Below, in pieces: positions 46,901-55,439 of a stretch of DNA of 63,535 nt (position 1 is the stretch's first letter; the number at the start of each line of letters is the position of its first letter). The notes under the pieces are model-generated. The model was not told the origin of the DNA. It saw only the letters and a list, made by a program, of their open reading frames with translations, and did not search any database. The position numbers and the translations under genes were made by a program. Source of the DNA: Methanobacteriota archaeon (GTDB lineage: Archaea > Thermoplasmatota > Poseidoniia > Poseidoniales > Poseidoniaceae); the NCBI GenBank assembly GCA_002710015.1, contig PAOW01000029.1, positions 39,009 to 102,543 of the forward strand, in the 5' to 3' direction.

Positions 46901-48782
46901 TAAGGGTCTCAATTTTCCCGACAACAAAATCTGTGCCTCCAGTGCTGTGAACTACTGGCGAACTGGCTGTCAAGAAATTCAAATCCTCGATTTCAGTATT
47001 ATCTAGACTCAAACGTATCCCGTTTACAAACCCATTACCACCAGTTTGTGTCACCATGTTGTTACCGATCCACAGTGCTACTGTTTGCGCACCTATGCCC
47101 ATAGCACTAATTTTATCCACCGAAATCTCAAACGATTTTGCGTTCTTAGGGATTAATACGTTGTGCCAAGAGGTTGGGTTCAAACCAACATCAAATTCCA
47201 TCGAAGTATTTCCATCCAAAAATACGTCTTGATTGCCCCAAGTGCCTATTCCCGGCCCAGTTGCTGACCATTCATACAATCCATCACTGTCAATATCCAT
47301 CCGCGGCTTGAGAACCTCCTCACTAGGGAAGAGCTGAACCCCAATTTGGTCAACTTCCCAATCCCCTGAGCCAGAGTATTGGATTTGAATTCTAGAAGCA
47401 GCAATATCAAGTTCGGTTATGGCAGATGTCTGATTTATCGCCATCCAGTTGCCATCATCAATCGAGACTGATGTGATGATATTAGTTTCTGAGGGAGTAT
47501 CAAACTTGTAAGCTGTGAAAGGCATATCAATATCGTAAACAGGTGAAGTAATAACTGAATTTGAATTACCAACAATTCGTTTTGAATCCTCATTCCAAGT
47601 TGAATTCTTCAAAACCCAGCCGTTGTCGGAAACATCTGTGTGGAAACTTTGTTGAATTTTGCCACCCCCAGATATCGAATAAAGTCTAGGAGATTCGCCA
47701 AGAAGATTAGAACTGAATTCCAACCTTAATCTCAACGAGTCGTGGATATTCCAATCGACTGATGAAAGGTCGACCCATTGACCTGTACGATTTACAAGCC
47801 CCGGTATTTCTATCCCTGAATCTGCATCTATGACAGTCCAATTCAAGCTTGATTTTTCAGGTATTAATGCATCAAGGTATATCGGTGGATATTTTCCCTC
47901 ATCAATTCTATCGTCTGCGAGATTTGACCAGCCGAAGGATCTCGTAGTCAGCGTTGCGCCGGTGGTCCCAGGTACTACAATATCGTCAAAGAACCAATAA
48001 TCGCAACAAGTGCCAGAGCCTTGGGTTTGCCTAGCCCTTATCTGAAAATCTGCGTGGTATGCATTGGCTGGCAAATTGTAATTTACGTTTGTTACAGACC
48101 CCCCCGAGGTGGACCCTTGCAAATATTGAATCTGTGACCAACCATTGTTAGCATTCTTGTATTCAAGATAAAAGTCCTCATTGAGATCTGGTTCCTCACC
48201 GCAACCATAATTCCCCTGTCTAATCCAGGCATTTAGGGTCAAACCTTGGAATCCAGCTAGGTTACTTACGGGGCTAGTTACACTCACAGAACCTCCTCTT
48301 GTCCACCAACTTGCACCACTAGCACCGCTCATTCCGCAAGTTGATGCTGTGTTGTGTTGAGCAAAGTTAGTATTGGATGTAGTCCAACCGTCCGTACCGT
48401 TATCAAAGTCGTAATTTATACCTTGAAATCCAAGTATTAACGACCCATCATTTTCTTCAATTAACCCCTGTGATTGGAATTCGGGAAGACTCCAATCTGA
48501 CCAAGAGAAGCCGGTGTCTCGATAGCCTTTGTTAGGTTCCACCGAAAATGTGATCGTCTGGAGTGCATGGTCGCTTGGCATTTCCAAACTAGGGCCGATT
48601 CCAATTGAATCAGCATATGGTATTGTTACGATTGTAGAATTTTGATTGGAAGACAATTTTTCAATGGTAAAATCTTCTCCTAAATTTATAGAATCGTCGT
48701 GAAAAAGTTGAGATAGCGGTCCAGACAATACAAACAGGATGCTCAGCGCCAAGGCCTTAGCACCAGTAGTCAACCTCGCCAT
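43932..48782 (-). CDS. Giant surface protein (signal peptide, reelin/MAM-like jelly-roll, Ig-like domains, CARDB, C-terminal TM)
   Basis: About 1616 aa; signal MARLTTGAKALALSILFVLSG; many NxS/T sequons; VRNDGK CARDB; TM WILGITILMLCVGLVFILAWM; acidic tail. Confidence 0.85.
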   Translation of the reverse strand: MARLTTGAKALALSILFVLSGPLSQLFHDDSINLGEDFTIEKLSSNQNSTIVTIPYADSIGIGPSLEMPSDHALQTITFSVEPNKGYRDTGFSWSDWSLPEFQSQGLIEENDGSLILGFQGINYDFDNGTDGWTTSNTNFAQHNTASTCGMSGASGASWWTRGGSVSVTSPVSNLAGFQGLTLNAWIRQGNYGCGEEPDLNEDFYLEYKNANNGWSQIQYLQGSTSGGSVTNVNYNLPANAYHADFQIRARQTQGSGTCCDYWFFDDIVVPGTTGATLTTRSFGWSNLADDRIDEGKYPPIYLDALIPEKSSLNWTVIDADSGIEIPGLVNRTGQWVDLSSVDWNIHDSLRLRLEFSSNLLGESPRLYSISGGGKIQQSFHTDVSDNGWVLKNSTWNEDSKRIVGNSNSVITSPVYDIDMPFTAYKFDTPSETNIITSVSIDDGNWMAINQTSAITELDIAASRIQIQYSGSGDWEVDQIGVQLFPSEEVLKPRMDIDSDGLYEWSATGPGIGTWGNQDVFLDGNTSMEFDVGLNPTSWHNVLIPKNAKSFEISVDKISAMGIGAQTVALWIGNNMVTQTGGNGFVNGIRLSLDNTEIEDLNFLTASSPVVHSTGGTDFVVGKIETLTDAGKYRLGGLTIAYDAGEVVTATAIDEQVLAMNRARMDVSKSSNLPLLFTASSPCEILVDIITFSSSGNIAMGALTWGNYSQTLTPSENWRELTTRAEIHQSSPHRLILNLYTNSDAAMWFLPILGGSVISTGIDDSLTFESGISQNVSGDIHEIKTRFRLSQHFDDQQYLRLESRIQLANGVVSMPLIETWSSQATDNDMLIQSMQISSERGIVSQNDDYLMAADNLSFEIDIGFESGDLSEKPYPGEYILELLRNDVVIANTSEYEGEIWYVNTTTPFTSGNITYSARLTPLAGGGLGNPSQVDRLFVIDPLSPVVTGANIRHYDHKVSSSAQEIIINITDQPTLPTDVTLMLWTEWANDYNGDGLPSAGEYIPRTLTLPSNLSSPYGSYYTFIDDSSAFPGEKVAGYVIGQDPSGYPVIGGGSEMVEDHLFMYQIMADGFPEIEEDGFQWVDDRRAWLHPGQSYGLNISFTERNGISDLDKIQLMLADNFQSDKLLLIWDSELNNCVSETHHIEIKSCKINDRNGQTPDPYQTELVLNLVIEPQWTLPDLGDFRREPAVLLIDRAGNEDITTFPQNRWRFSSEMMILDNTSLWVENGVLLSDGARVSPGSPMELSGQLTFVRSMEIPQFDCEVDTRLNGIKSSALAVNGIFTASMYAPITSGHHALTWNIECMPEQGIDMTSSTTSVKWILVDSVGPQVVEFISPRESSILSVGEHDVRVVISENYGIDSDSVEMIWWVTVQGDNSPITSGSTDLTLDGNDSIGLRLEFVGSIDLSDISPEFLQEQLILKTRFEGRDVAGNAFETSQNSNSYPASSWKLEHYIPDFSIEMSGVELSKSSLEVDEPTVVQIYVRNDGKLGGDAEVLVEVVSLSGERNQLAKSSIYVDAESLGTLVVDWKPNAPGIQRIEVTVGEEVSQSAFVDVKPTQEEAFLEDSLGSTNPWILGITILMLCVGLVFILAWMRTATMRHRESEIDWELDDEELEF

Positions 48783-48914
48783 GCATGCAGTGGATAAACT
48801 CAAGGTAATTCAAAGCAACCCCTGCTTTAAATCACAAATAATACCACTTTTTTGATAATTTATTGAGAATTTTTCAAACGACTGTTTGAAGACATGGTAT
48901 CGTTTGGGAATGCT

Positions 48915-51900
48915 ATGGCGACACCTAAAACAACTGTTGAACTTGATTCAGTTGCTTTGGAGAATGATTTATTGTCCGTTTGGAGCAGTGAAAAACTATT
49001 CGAAAAAACGGTTGATAACAGGTCAAATGGTGAACCATTTATCTTCCTAGAAGGGCCTCCCACAGCCAACGGTAAACCTGGAATTCACCACGTTGTAGCA
49101 AGGACATACAAAGATCTTGTTTGCAGATGGAAAACAATGCAGGGGAACTTTGTAGAGAGAAAAGGTGGATGGGATACGCACGGACTACCGGTAGAAATCG
49201 AGGTGCAGAAGAGACTTGACCTGATGAGCAATGAAGCTATCGAACAATTTGGCATGGAAAATTTCAACAAAGAATGCAGAGAGTCTGTCTGGACTTATGA
49301 GGCTGCTTGGAGAGAAATGACTGAGAGAATGGCTTATTGGTGTGATCTGGATGATCCATATGTAACACTGCACAACGAATATATCGAATCGTGCTGGTGG
49401 GCTCTCAAGCAGATGTTCGACAAAGGATTGCTTTACAGAGGCTACAAAGTTCTGCCTTACTGTCCACAAACAGGAACTTCATATTCAAGCCATGAAGTCG
49501 CATTGGGCTACAAAGAAGTTGAGGAACCATCGGTTTATGTGAAATTCAAACTTGAGGACTCAGACGCATCAATTCTAGCATGGACCACAACTCCATGGAC
49601 TCTTCCGGGAAACGTAGGATTAGCTGTGGGTCCAGATGTGGAATACATCAAAGTCAAGGTGATGAAAGAACCTGAAAAATGGGAAGGTCATGGTGGAGCC
49701 GAGGTTGGTGAAGAGTTAATACTTGCAAAAGACCTCTACAAAGAAGTGATTAGGCATCACTGCGAAATTATCGATTCCTTCTCGGGTAGTGAACTAATAG
49801 GTCGCTCATATGAACCCCTATTTCCTGGAGCAGTTGACAGAGGAGAATCTGAAACTGCATGGACGGTTATTGGAGCGGATTGGGTAACTACAACTGACGG
49901 AACTGGTGTTGTCCACACTGCTGTTATGTACGGTGAAGATGACTACAACCTCGGAATGGAAGTAGGTTTACCAGCACAGCATACTGTGGGTATGGATGGC
50001 AACTTTTTAGAGGGGACTCACAGCGAATTGGATGGAAAATACGTAAAGGACTGTGACGATAGTATAATTCAGTTGATGCATGAAAGCGGACTTTTGTATC
50101 GCGAAAAGATGTATCTCCACGATTATCCACATTGCTGGAGAACAGGTCATCCACTACTCTACTATGCTATGGATTCGTGGTTCGTAAAGATGACTGCTGT
50201 CAAAGAACAGTTACTCAAATTCAATTCAGAAGTTGAATGGGCACCTGATTGGGTAGGCCAGAAGCGATTCGGTGAATGGCTAAGGAATGTGAAAGATTGG
50301 GCAATTAGTCGAGAAAGATATTGGGGGACTCCTTTACCAGTTTGGATTTGTAACGAATGTGGACTTCAACATTGCATTGGTTCGGTAGAAGAAATGGTAT
50401 CGATGGCGAAAGAGGGTACAAAAATATCTGAAGATTTACACAGGCCATTTGTTGATGATACAATCCTAAAATGTCCTACTTGCAGTGGAGATATGAAAAG
50501 AGAGCCATTCGTTATGGATTGCTGGTTTGATTCAGGATGTGCCTCCTTTGCACAATGGCACCACCCATTTGGAGAGGAGGGGAAATTCGAAAATAACTTC
50601 CCAATCGATTACATCTGTGAAGGTGTTGACCAGACAAGGGGTTGGTTTTACACACTGCTAGCAGTAAGCACAACTGTCTTCGATTCCATTTGTTACAAAA
50701 GGTGTTTATCATTAGGCTTGATATTAGATGCTGAAGGCAAGAAAATGTCAAAATCCAAAGGTAACATTGTCGATCCTTGGGACCATTTCAATCGTGAAGG
50801 TGCTGATGCTACAAGATGGTATATGGTCACAGCAGGAGCTCCGTGGAATCCGTTAAAATTCGATCCAAATGGAGTAAGGGAAACTTATGGAAAGATGTTC
50901 CTTACACTCTGGAACGTACACAGGTTCCATGCAGATTATGCCGCTCTTGATGGCTTTGACCCTGAATCCTCAAAACCCGGAATCAAAACTCCTTTGGACA
51001 ACTGGATTCTATCTAGACTAGCCCAAGTTGTTGACTCAACATCAAATCAATTTGAAGAATGGGATTTCCACAAAGCATGTAGAGACATTGAAGAATTCGT
51101 CGTTAACGACTTGTCTAATTGGTATGTTAGGAGATCCAGAAGAAGACTTTGGGACGAGGCAGATAGTAATGACAAGCTGAGTTGTCAGCACACCCTGCAC
51201 GAAGTTTTGGTCACCGTGTGCAAATTAATTGCTCCTGTATCCCCATTCATGTCGGATTCTATCTTCAGAAACCTAACTGGAACATCTGTCCACCTTGCAG
51301 ACTGGCCTGAGAGTAAGCCTGTCGATAGCGATTTGATTCAAACCATGGAATTGGTTAGAGAACTTGCTGAAACTGGAAGAAAAATCCGAGTTGATGCAGA
51401 CAGAAGGCAGAGACTTCCATGCCAAGAAGGTTGGATAGTTAGTGGACCTGATTTATCAGATTTCCATGACATCCTTGCAGAGGAGTTGAACGTGGAAACG
51501 ATTTCTTTAGAAGAAGATCTAGACCGTTTCCAAAAGGTAGAAGTCGTGCCAAACAGAAGAACCTTAGGGGCAAAATGCAGACAAGATTTGCCTGCAGTTT
51601 TGGAAGGTATTCAGTCTGATGACAGCGAAGCCATACTCTCTAGCATCGAAGCAGGTAATTTGACCATCGCTGGATATGAAATTACAACCGAGGACATTGA
51701 ACTTCGCAGGGTTGAGAGAGAGGGATATGCTGCTCAAACAATACAGATGGCAGAAAACTCTGTGTCTTTGGTATTGGACATGACAGATACACCTGAATTG
51801 TTATCCAAGGGGTTGGCCCGAGATATCACAAGAAGAATCCAATCTACTAGAAAAGATATGAATCTGGAGATTGAGGATTCCATAACATTAGAGATATGGA

Positions 51901-52052
51901 TGAAGGATGCTCCGGAACTGTTTGAGGAAGATAAAGCTTGGATCTTAAATGAAACAAGGGCTAAAAGCGCTAATTTCAACTTGACTGCAGGCGAAGGTGA
52001 CTGCTTCGAGGTAGACGGTTCCACGATCTGGTATAATGTAGAGAGGGTCTGA
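48915..52052 (+). CDS. ileS: Isoleucine--tRNA ligase (type 2 / archaeal-eukaryotic type)
   Basis: EGPPTANG, GWDTHGLP, WTTTPWTLPGN, GTGVVH, DWAISRERYWG, EGVDQTRGWF, KMSKS. Confidence 0.97.
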   Translation: MATPKTTVELDSVALENDLLSVWSSEKLFEKTVDNRSNGEPFIFLEGPPTANGKPGIHHVVARTYKDLVCRWKTMQGNFVERKGGWDTHGLPVEIEVQKRLDLMSNEAIEQFGMENFNKECRESVWTYEAAWREMTERMAYWCDLDDPYVTLHNEYIESCWWALKQMFDKGLLYRGYKVLPYCPQTGTSYSSHEVALGYKEVEEPSVYVKFKLEDSDASILAWTTTPWTLPGNVGLAVGPDVEYIKVKVMKEPEKWEGHGGAEVGEELILAKDLYKEVIRHHCEIIDSFSGSELIGRSYEPLFPGAVDRGESETAWTVIGADWVTTTDGTGVVHTAVMYGEDDYNLGMEVGLPAQHTVGMDGNFLEGTHSELDGKYVKDCDDSIIQLMHESGLLYREKMYLHDYPHCWRTGHPLLYYAMDSWFVKMTAVKEQLLKFNSEVEWAPDWVGQKRFGEWLRNVKDWAISRERYWGTPLPVWICNECGLQHCIGSVEEMVSMAKEGTKISEDLHRPFVDDTILKCPTCSGDMKREPFVMDCWFDSGCASFAQWHHPFGEEGKFENNFPIDYICEGVDQTRGWFYTLLAVSTTVFDSICYKRCLSLGLILDAEGKKMSKSKGNIVDPWDHFNREGADATRWYMVTAGAPWNPLKFDPNGVRETYGKMFLTLWNVHRFHADYAALDGFDPESSKPGIKTPLDNWILSRLAQVVDSTSNQFEEWDFHKACRDIEEFVVNDLSNWYVRRSRRRLWDEADSNDKLSCQHTLHEVLVTVCKLIAPVSPFMSDSIFRNLTGTSVHLADWPESKPVDSDLIQTMELVRELAETGRKIRVDADRRQRLPCQEGWIVSGPDLSDFHDILAEELNVETISLEEDLDRFQKVEVVPNRRTLGAKCRQDLPAVLEGIQSDDSEAILSSIEAGNLTIAGYEITTEDIELRRVEREGYAAQTIQMAENSVSLVLDMTDTPELLSKGLARDITRRIQSTRKDMNLEIEDSITLEIWMKDAPELFEEDKAWILNETRAKSANFNLTAGEGDCFEVDGSTIWYNVERV

Positions 52053-52053
52053 A

Positions 52054-53442
52054 ATGAGGATTAGATTTGCTATATTAATTGCATTATCAACCATACTTGC
52101 TGGTTGCTTTGGTGATGGTGATAATGAACTGATGAAAGAAGATGTTCAGACGCCTATATGGACAGATTATCAGATGGTTGATCCAATACCCGCAATCTCC
52201 CCATGGGAGTTCACTACCATTGACCTAAACCTAAACGAAAGCACAATGACGTCATGGGCAGTTTTCGACAAGAATTACGGGGGAAACTGCTGTGAACATT
52301 ACATTGCTACTTCCATCAACGGGACGATTCTTAACATAGGTGGCGAATATCCTGTTTGGTCTCATGACAGAGGGCATGAATGGGATACTTACATCCCCGG
52401 AGTGTTTACTGATTCTATGTGTAGAACGCCTGTTCCAACCAACCCCGGCCAAGAAGGTCTTGGTGAGGGAAGCATAGTTCAAGCTACAAACGGCGATATA
52501 ATCTCAATGTCTTGGTTCCCTTACATCGGCGCTGATGGGAAATTAGACAAATTCTATGCTATACTCTACGACGAGTCTGAAGATGAATGGTCTTGGTGTT
52601 ATAATCGCTTGACTGAGCCATTCTATGACCGTTCGTGGCAAGTCGAGGTTGTTGGACCAATTTCATCTAACATAGGTAGTGGAGAATGGGCTAGTTTAGT
52701 GGTGTCAAACTTCTGGCACCAGACTCAAAATGCGGGTGGACAGATAAGTGTAGACGGACTGAATTACTACAACTTCCAATTTGCTGGCAGAACCAGTAAC
52801 CAAGACTCGATTGAAGTAGATTTGAACTTCTCTGGTTTGCCCGAATACTATGACGTAAACAAGCCTCACAAGGAAATGAGAGCATTCCCTGTTCCAACAG
52901 GTGGCTTGTATTTCCCGCAATATTTCAGCGATGGAACATCTGCCTTCTTGGATACATCACTCAATTGGAATAAGCATGAAGCGATATTCCCAAGCGAATA
53001 CTGCCAGATAGACTCCACTGGAGCGATACATTGCGTCAGCCTTTCAGGAACAACATTCACCCACCACCTATCATACGATGGAGGCTCGTCATGGGCTACT
53101 CAGAATTACACAGATGAAAGCTGGGCTGCAATTGAGGAATGGGAATTCCAAGCGAATGGAAATTTGGATCTATTTGTGCTAAACGTTCGATATCAATCTT
53201 CTGAAGGTCCTGATGTTGATGTCCTATTCCATGTCAGAGATTATTCAGAATCGATGTCACCTGATACCTTAACTTACATCGGTCAAGGTGATTTGGATTC
53301 AACAAGCGGAGCAGGAAATGACATTCGATTTGACTTTGCATCCCTTGCCATACTAAATGATGGAGGCGTTGTTGTAGCATACCACGACTCTACGGATCCA
53401 GACCCGCTGTTCGCAGTTGAGGTTGAAATGCCGATTTATTGA
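52054..53442 (+). CDS. Lipoprotein with Asp-box (BNR) motifs; sialidase-like beta-propeller
   Basis: ILAGC lipobox; SHDRGHEW, SVDGLNY, SYDGGSSW. Confidence 0.7.
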   Translation: MRIRFAILIALSTILAGCFGDGDNELMKEDVQTPIWTDYQMVDPIPAISPWEFTTIDLNLNESTMTSWAVFDKNYGGNCCEHYIATSINGTILNIGGEYPVWSHDRGHEWDTYIPGVFTDSMCRTPVPTNPGQEGLGEGSIVQATNGDIISMSWFPYIGADGKLDKFYAILYDESEDEWSWCYNRLTEPFYDRSWQVEVVGPISSNIGSGEWASLVVSNFWHQTQNAGGQISVDGLNYYNFQFAGRTSNQDSIEVDLNFSGLPEYYDVNKPHKEMRAFPVPTGGLYFPQYFSDGTSAFLDTSLNWNKHEAIFPSEYCQIDSTGAIHCVSLSGTTFTHHLSYDGGSSWATQNYTDESWAAIEEWEFQANGNLDLFVLNVRYQSSEGPDVDVLFHVRDYSESMSPDTLTYIGQGDLDSTSGAGNDIRFDFASLAILNDGGVVVAYHDSTDPDPLFAVEVEMPIY

Positions 53443-53510
53443 TTAATTCAGTAAATCTTCATTGATTCAACTCTCCGACCCTTATATTCAAAAACCCTTG
53501 ACAATCAAAA

Positions 53511-55439
53511 ATGATTATGGTTTTGAAATCTATACCAGGAATTGGGGCTGGTTTAGCTAGAAAACTTACCGACCATTTTGGTAACGAAGACAAAGTTTTG
53601 CAACTTCTTGCCGATGGGCAAACTGAAGTTATTGCAGAGGTTGATGGTGTTTCTCTCAAGCGAGCAGACAATTTAGCAAGGGCAATGAGTGGCATGGATG
53701 GGTTCCTTGCTACTCCTGAAGCGGTAAGACTGCACAAAGAGCTGGTGGCATCAATATCCGCACATGCCCTAAACGCAGCGACTCGATCTAGATTGAGAAA
53801 TCTGATGCCTACTAGGAATATAGAGCAGAGAAGGAAACTCATTGTAGATGCAATGAATTGTGACTATGTGTTCAACGGGTTAAAAATTCCAACTGACGTG
53901 GACAAAAATTACGATAGAGTTGTAGTTTCGAAAACCCCCATTGAGGAACTGAAAAGATTCTGCAGAGTCTTGACACCCTCCGAACAGGAAACATGGCAAG
54001 ATTATCGAGTCTTCAAATCGGTAACTTGGGTTGGAGGAGACGGCCCCAGTCAAACACCAGAAGGGTGGCTAATCGTCCCAGAATCAAGTGATGTTGACAT
54101 GATCCTACCTGAGAAGTGTGTAGGATGGTTTCAACACAATAAGGAATCGATCGAGCTTTTGACAGATCTACCTCAAGGCGAGGGTTTTGCAAAGAACTTT
54201 GATGAACTTAGAATGCCTCACCTGAGAGAATTATTAGATGAAATGGCAAACGAATCTGATGCTGAAGAAATCGCTGATGTGAGAGATAGATTATGGCCAA
54301 CGGCAAAGGAATTAGAAAAGAAAATACATGAGCAAGTTGACCAAGCGATGCAAAATGTGAACCTAGACTTATCTGGTGCTGACATGTTACAAGCACTAGC
54401 GGATGCAGCCTCCCTGCAGCGGAAATTAGCCCAACGAACTAGCGACTCGATTGAACAGGCTATCGAATCAGCCACTGACGAAATTGCCAATCTACTCAGC
54501 ACCGTCGGAGTCAGATGCCCCCGTAATGTGTTCAAAACCGAATGGCCAACCAAGGTTGACAGGACTGTCTTAGACAGCATCGATTCACAACTAGAAGAGC
54601 TCTACAAAACAACAAAATCTGATAGACTAATATCTCTTTCAAGAAGGCTTGCACCACTGAAGAAAAAGTGTGAAAACTCATTGAGGAAGTTGATTGAATT
54701 AGACCAGTGGTTAACAATCGGTAGATGGGCAAATTCAGTGAATGCAGTAATGCCAGAAATGTGCAACCACGGAATTTCAATCAAATCTGGAAGACACCTA
54801 TTAATCGATGGTGAAGCTGACCCTGTTGACTATGGGCTTGGAAATTGTGCTGGTAAGGGTGACAACCAGTCAGTAGCCCTACTCACTGGAGCTAATAGTG
54901 GTGGAAAAACCACGATGTTAGAACTGCTAGCACATTGCACAATTCTAGCACATATGGGATTACCAGTTCCGGCTAAATCTGCCAAGGTCGGCAGAATTGA
55001 ATCTATTCATGTCCTTGCAAAAGCAGGGGGAACACAATCTGCTGGTGCGCTCGAACAAACCTTACTCCAGCTGGCTGAAGTTGTATCCAACACTGATTCA
55101 AAGCTCATTTTGGCAGACGAGTTAGAAGCAATCACAGAGCCGGGAGCAGGAGCTAGAATCATTGCAGGAATGCTCGAAGCAGCAGAATCACATGATGCTA
55201 CTTGCATGCTTTTAGTGACACATCTTGCACCTGCTATCATAGAAGCTGCTGGAAAAGAGTTGCGAACAGACGGAATTGAAGCAAGAGGTTTGGATGAGAA
55301 TCTAGAATTAATTGTTGACAGAACTCCAAGAAGAAACCATCTTGCTAAATCCACACCCGAACTAATTGTTAGAAGGCTGGTTGAGAGATCGGAAGGTGAC
55401 GCAAAATCTGTCTTTAAGTCGATATTGACTAGATTCTGA
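53511..55439 (+). CDS. Archaeal MutS-related ATPase (MutS5/MutS2-like) with N-terminal HhH
   Basis: IPGIGAGLA HhH; TGANSGGKT; LAHMGLPVPA; AGALE; LADELEAITEPGA; VTHL. Confidence 0.85.
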   Translation: MIMVLKSIPGIGAGLARKLTDHFGNEDKVLQLLADGQTEVIAEVDGVSLKRADNLARAMSGMDGFLATPEAVRLHKELVASISAHALNAATRSRLRNLMPTRNIEQRRKLIVDAMNCDYVFNGLKIPTDVDKNYDRVVVSKTPIEELKRFCRVLTPSEQETWQDYRVFKSVTWVGGDGPSQTPEGWLIVPESSDVDMILPEKCVGWFQHNKESIELLTDLPQGEGFAKNFDELRMPHLRELLDEMANESDAEEIADVRDRLWPTAKELEKKIHEQVDQAMQNVNLDLSGADMLQALADAASLQRKLAQRTSDSIEQAIESATDEIANLLSTVGVRCPRNVFKTEWPTKVDRTVLDSIDSQLEELYKTTKSDRLISLSRRLAPLKKKCENSLRKLIELDQWLTIGRWANSVNAVMPEMCNHGISIKSGRHLLIDGEADPVDYGLGNCAGKGDNQSVALLTGANSGGKTTMLELLAHCTILAHMGLPVPAKSAKVGRIESIHVLAKAGGTQSAGALEQTLLQLAEVVSNTDSKLILADELEAITEPGAGARIIAGMLEAAESHDATCMLLVTHLAPAIIEAAGKELRTDGIEARGLDENLELIVDRTPRRNHLAKSTPELIVRRLVERSEGDAKSVFKSILTRF

